From: an uncultured bacterium
GTDB lineage: Bacteria > Fermentibacterota > Fermentibacteria > Fermentibacterales > Fermentibacteraceae
Direction: 5' to 3'
DNA: 64,000 bases
Assembly: GCA_964564435.1 (NCBI GenBank)
Contig: CAZMAT010000003.1
Coordinates: 96,451 to 160,450 of the forward strand
Shown piece after piece: positions 62,424 to 64,000 of the stretch; within the stretch, counting starts at the first letter, position 1; the number at the start of each line of letters is the position of its first letter. The notes under the pieces are model-generated. The model did not search any database. It saw only the letters and a list, made by a program, of their open reading frames with translations, and was not told where the DNA came from. Both the position numbers and the translations under genes were made by a program.

Positions 62424-64000
62424 CCCAGGGCTTCCCCTCCGATTCCGAGATAGCCGCCGCGGCCAGCCCACTGCCGATCACCGAAGTCGCCCGAAGGCTC
62501 GGCCTCGCCGGCGAGGATCTCGTCCTCTACGGGGACGACAAGGCCAAGGTCCGCCTCGACGCGGTGCGCAGGAGGTCGAAGGGCCAGGGGCGACTGGTAC
62601 TCGTCTCCGCCATGACCCCGACACCCGCCGGCGAAGGCAAGACCACCACCTCGATCGGCCTGGCGCAGGGGCTGGCCAGGCTCGGCCTGAAGTCCTGCAT
62701 CGCCCTGAGGGAGCCCTCGCTGGGCCCGATATTCGGGATGAAGGGCGGGGCCACCGGAGGAGGCTACTCGCAGCTACTGCCGGCGGAGGACATAAACCTC
62801 CACTTCACCGGCGACCTCCACGCCATCACCTCGGCGCACAACCTGCTCGCGGCGGCCATAGACAACCACATCTACTGGGGCAACCGCTCGGGCCTCGACC
62901 CGCGGACCGTGCGCTTCCACAGGGTTCTCGACATGAACGACAGAGCCCTGCGCAACATCATCATCGGGCTCGGTGGCAGGACCCAGGGTGTCCCCCGGGA
63001 ATCCGGGTTCGACATAACCGCCGCCAGCGAGGTGATGGCGATCCTGGCCCTCACCGAGGGCAGGGAGGACCTGAAGGAGCGCCTGTCGCGCATCTTCGTG
63101 GGGCTGACCTACGACGGCGACCAGGTGACCGCGGGCTCCATGGGGGTGTCGGGAGCGATGGGCGTCCTGCTGAAGCACGCCATCAGGCCCAACCTAGTCC
63201 AGACCCTCGAGGGCGTGCCGGCCTTCGTCCATGCCGGGCCCTTCGCCAACATCGCCCACGGATGCAATTCGATCATCGCCACCAAGATGGCCGTCGGCCT
63301 CTCGGACTGGGCCATCACCGAGGCTGGTTTCGGCTTCGACCTCGGAGCCGAGAAGTTCTTCGACATCAAGTGCAGACACGGCGGGCTCGATCCTTGCATC
63401 GTCGTCCTGGTAGCGACCTGCCGCGCCCTCAAGATGCACGGCGGCAAGAAGAAGGACCTCGACCCTCCCGACCCGGATGCCGTGGCGAGGGGGCTGCCCA
63501 ATCTCGAGAAGCACCTCGAGAACATCGGGAAGTTCAGCCTGCCGGCGGTCGTCTGCGTGAACAGGTTCCCTTCCGATACGCCCGAGGAGCTCGGGGTGGT
63601 CACCCGCAGGTGCGGGCAGCTCGGCGTCCCGGTATCTGTCGGAGAGGGATTCCTGCGCGGGGGGGCTGGCATGGTCGACCTCGCCGAGAAGGTGGTCGCA
63701 TCAGCTACCTCCTCCGATGCGCACTTCAAGCCCCTGTACGACTGGTCATGGCCCGTCGAGAAGAAGGTCCAGACAGTCGCGAAGGAGATCTACGGGGCAG
63801 AGTTCGTGGACTACTCGCCCCAGGCCCGGAAGGACCTGGCGACCATACGGAAGTTCGACTACTGCTCCCTGCCGGTCTGCATCGCCAAGACGCAGAACTC
63901 CCTCTCCGACAACCCCGAGCTCCTCGGGCGCCCCAAGGACTTCGTGGTGACGGTGAGGGAGATACAGATAGCCGCCGGCGCCGGTTTCGTGATCCCCATC
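62414..64000 (+). CDS. fhs: formate--tetrahydrofolate ligase (partial, continues beyond window)
   Basis: Reading frame gives ...TQGFPSDSEIAAAASPLPITEVARRLGL...AMTPTPAGEGKTTTSIGL...VHAGPFANIAHG, classic FTHFS motifs, with no stop before 64000. There is no ATG/GTG/TTG within 35 codons upstream; the start is provisionally placed at CTG 62414, overlapping the small upstream gene. Confidence 0.8.

Overview
High-GC (~68%) bacterial chromosomal segment, probably from an uncultured diderm lineage. Signal-peptide lipoproteins, outer-membrane beta-barrel proteins and T9SS-type C-terminal sorting domains are present. It carries two housekeeping blocks with Firmicutes-like gene order: rho-rpmE-DUF1385-prfA-prmC-ispG-glnA on the minus strand and phoH-pgpH-ybeY-tlyC-recO-glyQS-valS-dCMP deaminase on the plus strand. 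It also carries an NitT/TauT ABC importer, a zur-znuACB operon, gap, a 1386-aa PPDK-like phosphotransferase, pepF, fhs and two tRNAs (Ser-CGA and Asp-GTC). Accessory content: (i) a ~2.7-kb low-GC islet inserted beside tRNA-Asp and bracketed by a hairpin-rich 139-bp repeat family that recurs upstream of rho; (ii) two secreted-protein genes, one in the islet and one on the other side of tRNA-Asp, each with an in-frame UGA followed by a GGU-loop hairpin, so candidate selenoproteins or pseudogenes; (iii) a 194-bp MITE-like element with perfect 30-bp terminal inverted repeats abutting tRNA-Ser; (iv) four tandem signal-peptide-bearing 2[4Fe-4S] ferredoxin-like proteins with an outer-membrane barrel, a CPLGAF-motif membrane protein and a NapH/MauN-like polyferredoxin; (v) secreted nucleic-acid-handling proteins (ComEA-like, DHH/RecJ-like, lamin-tail domain, standalone ComEC-type MBL nuclease domain, OB-like repeat lipoprotein). 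The supplied ORF track uses TTG/GTG starts and the longest ORF, so many N-termini are over-extended; starts were re-picked from RBS and conserved N-termini where possible. Long antisense ORFs were ignored.
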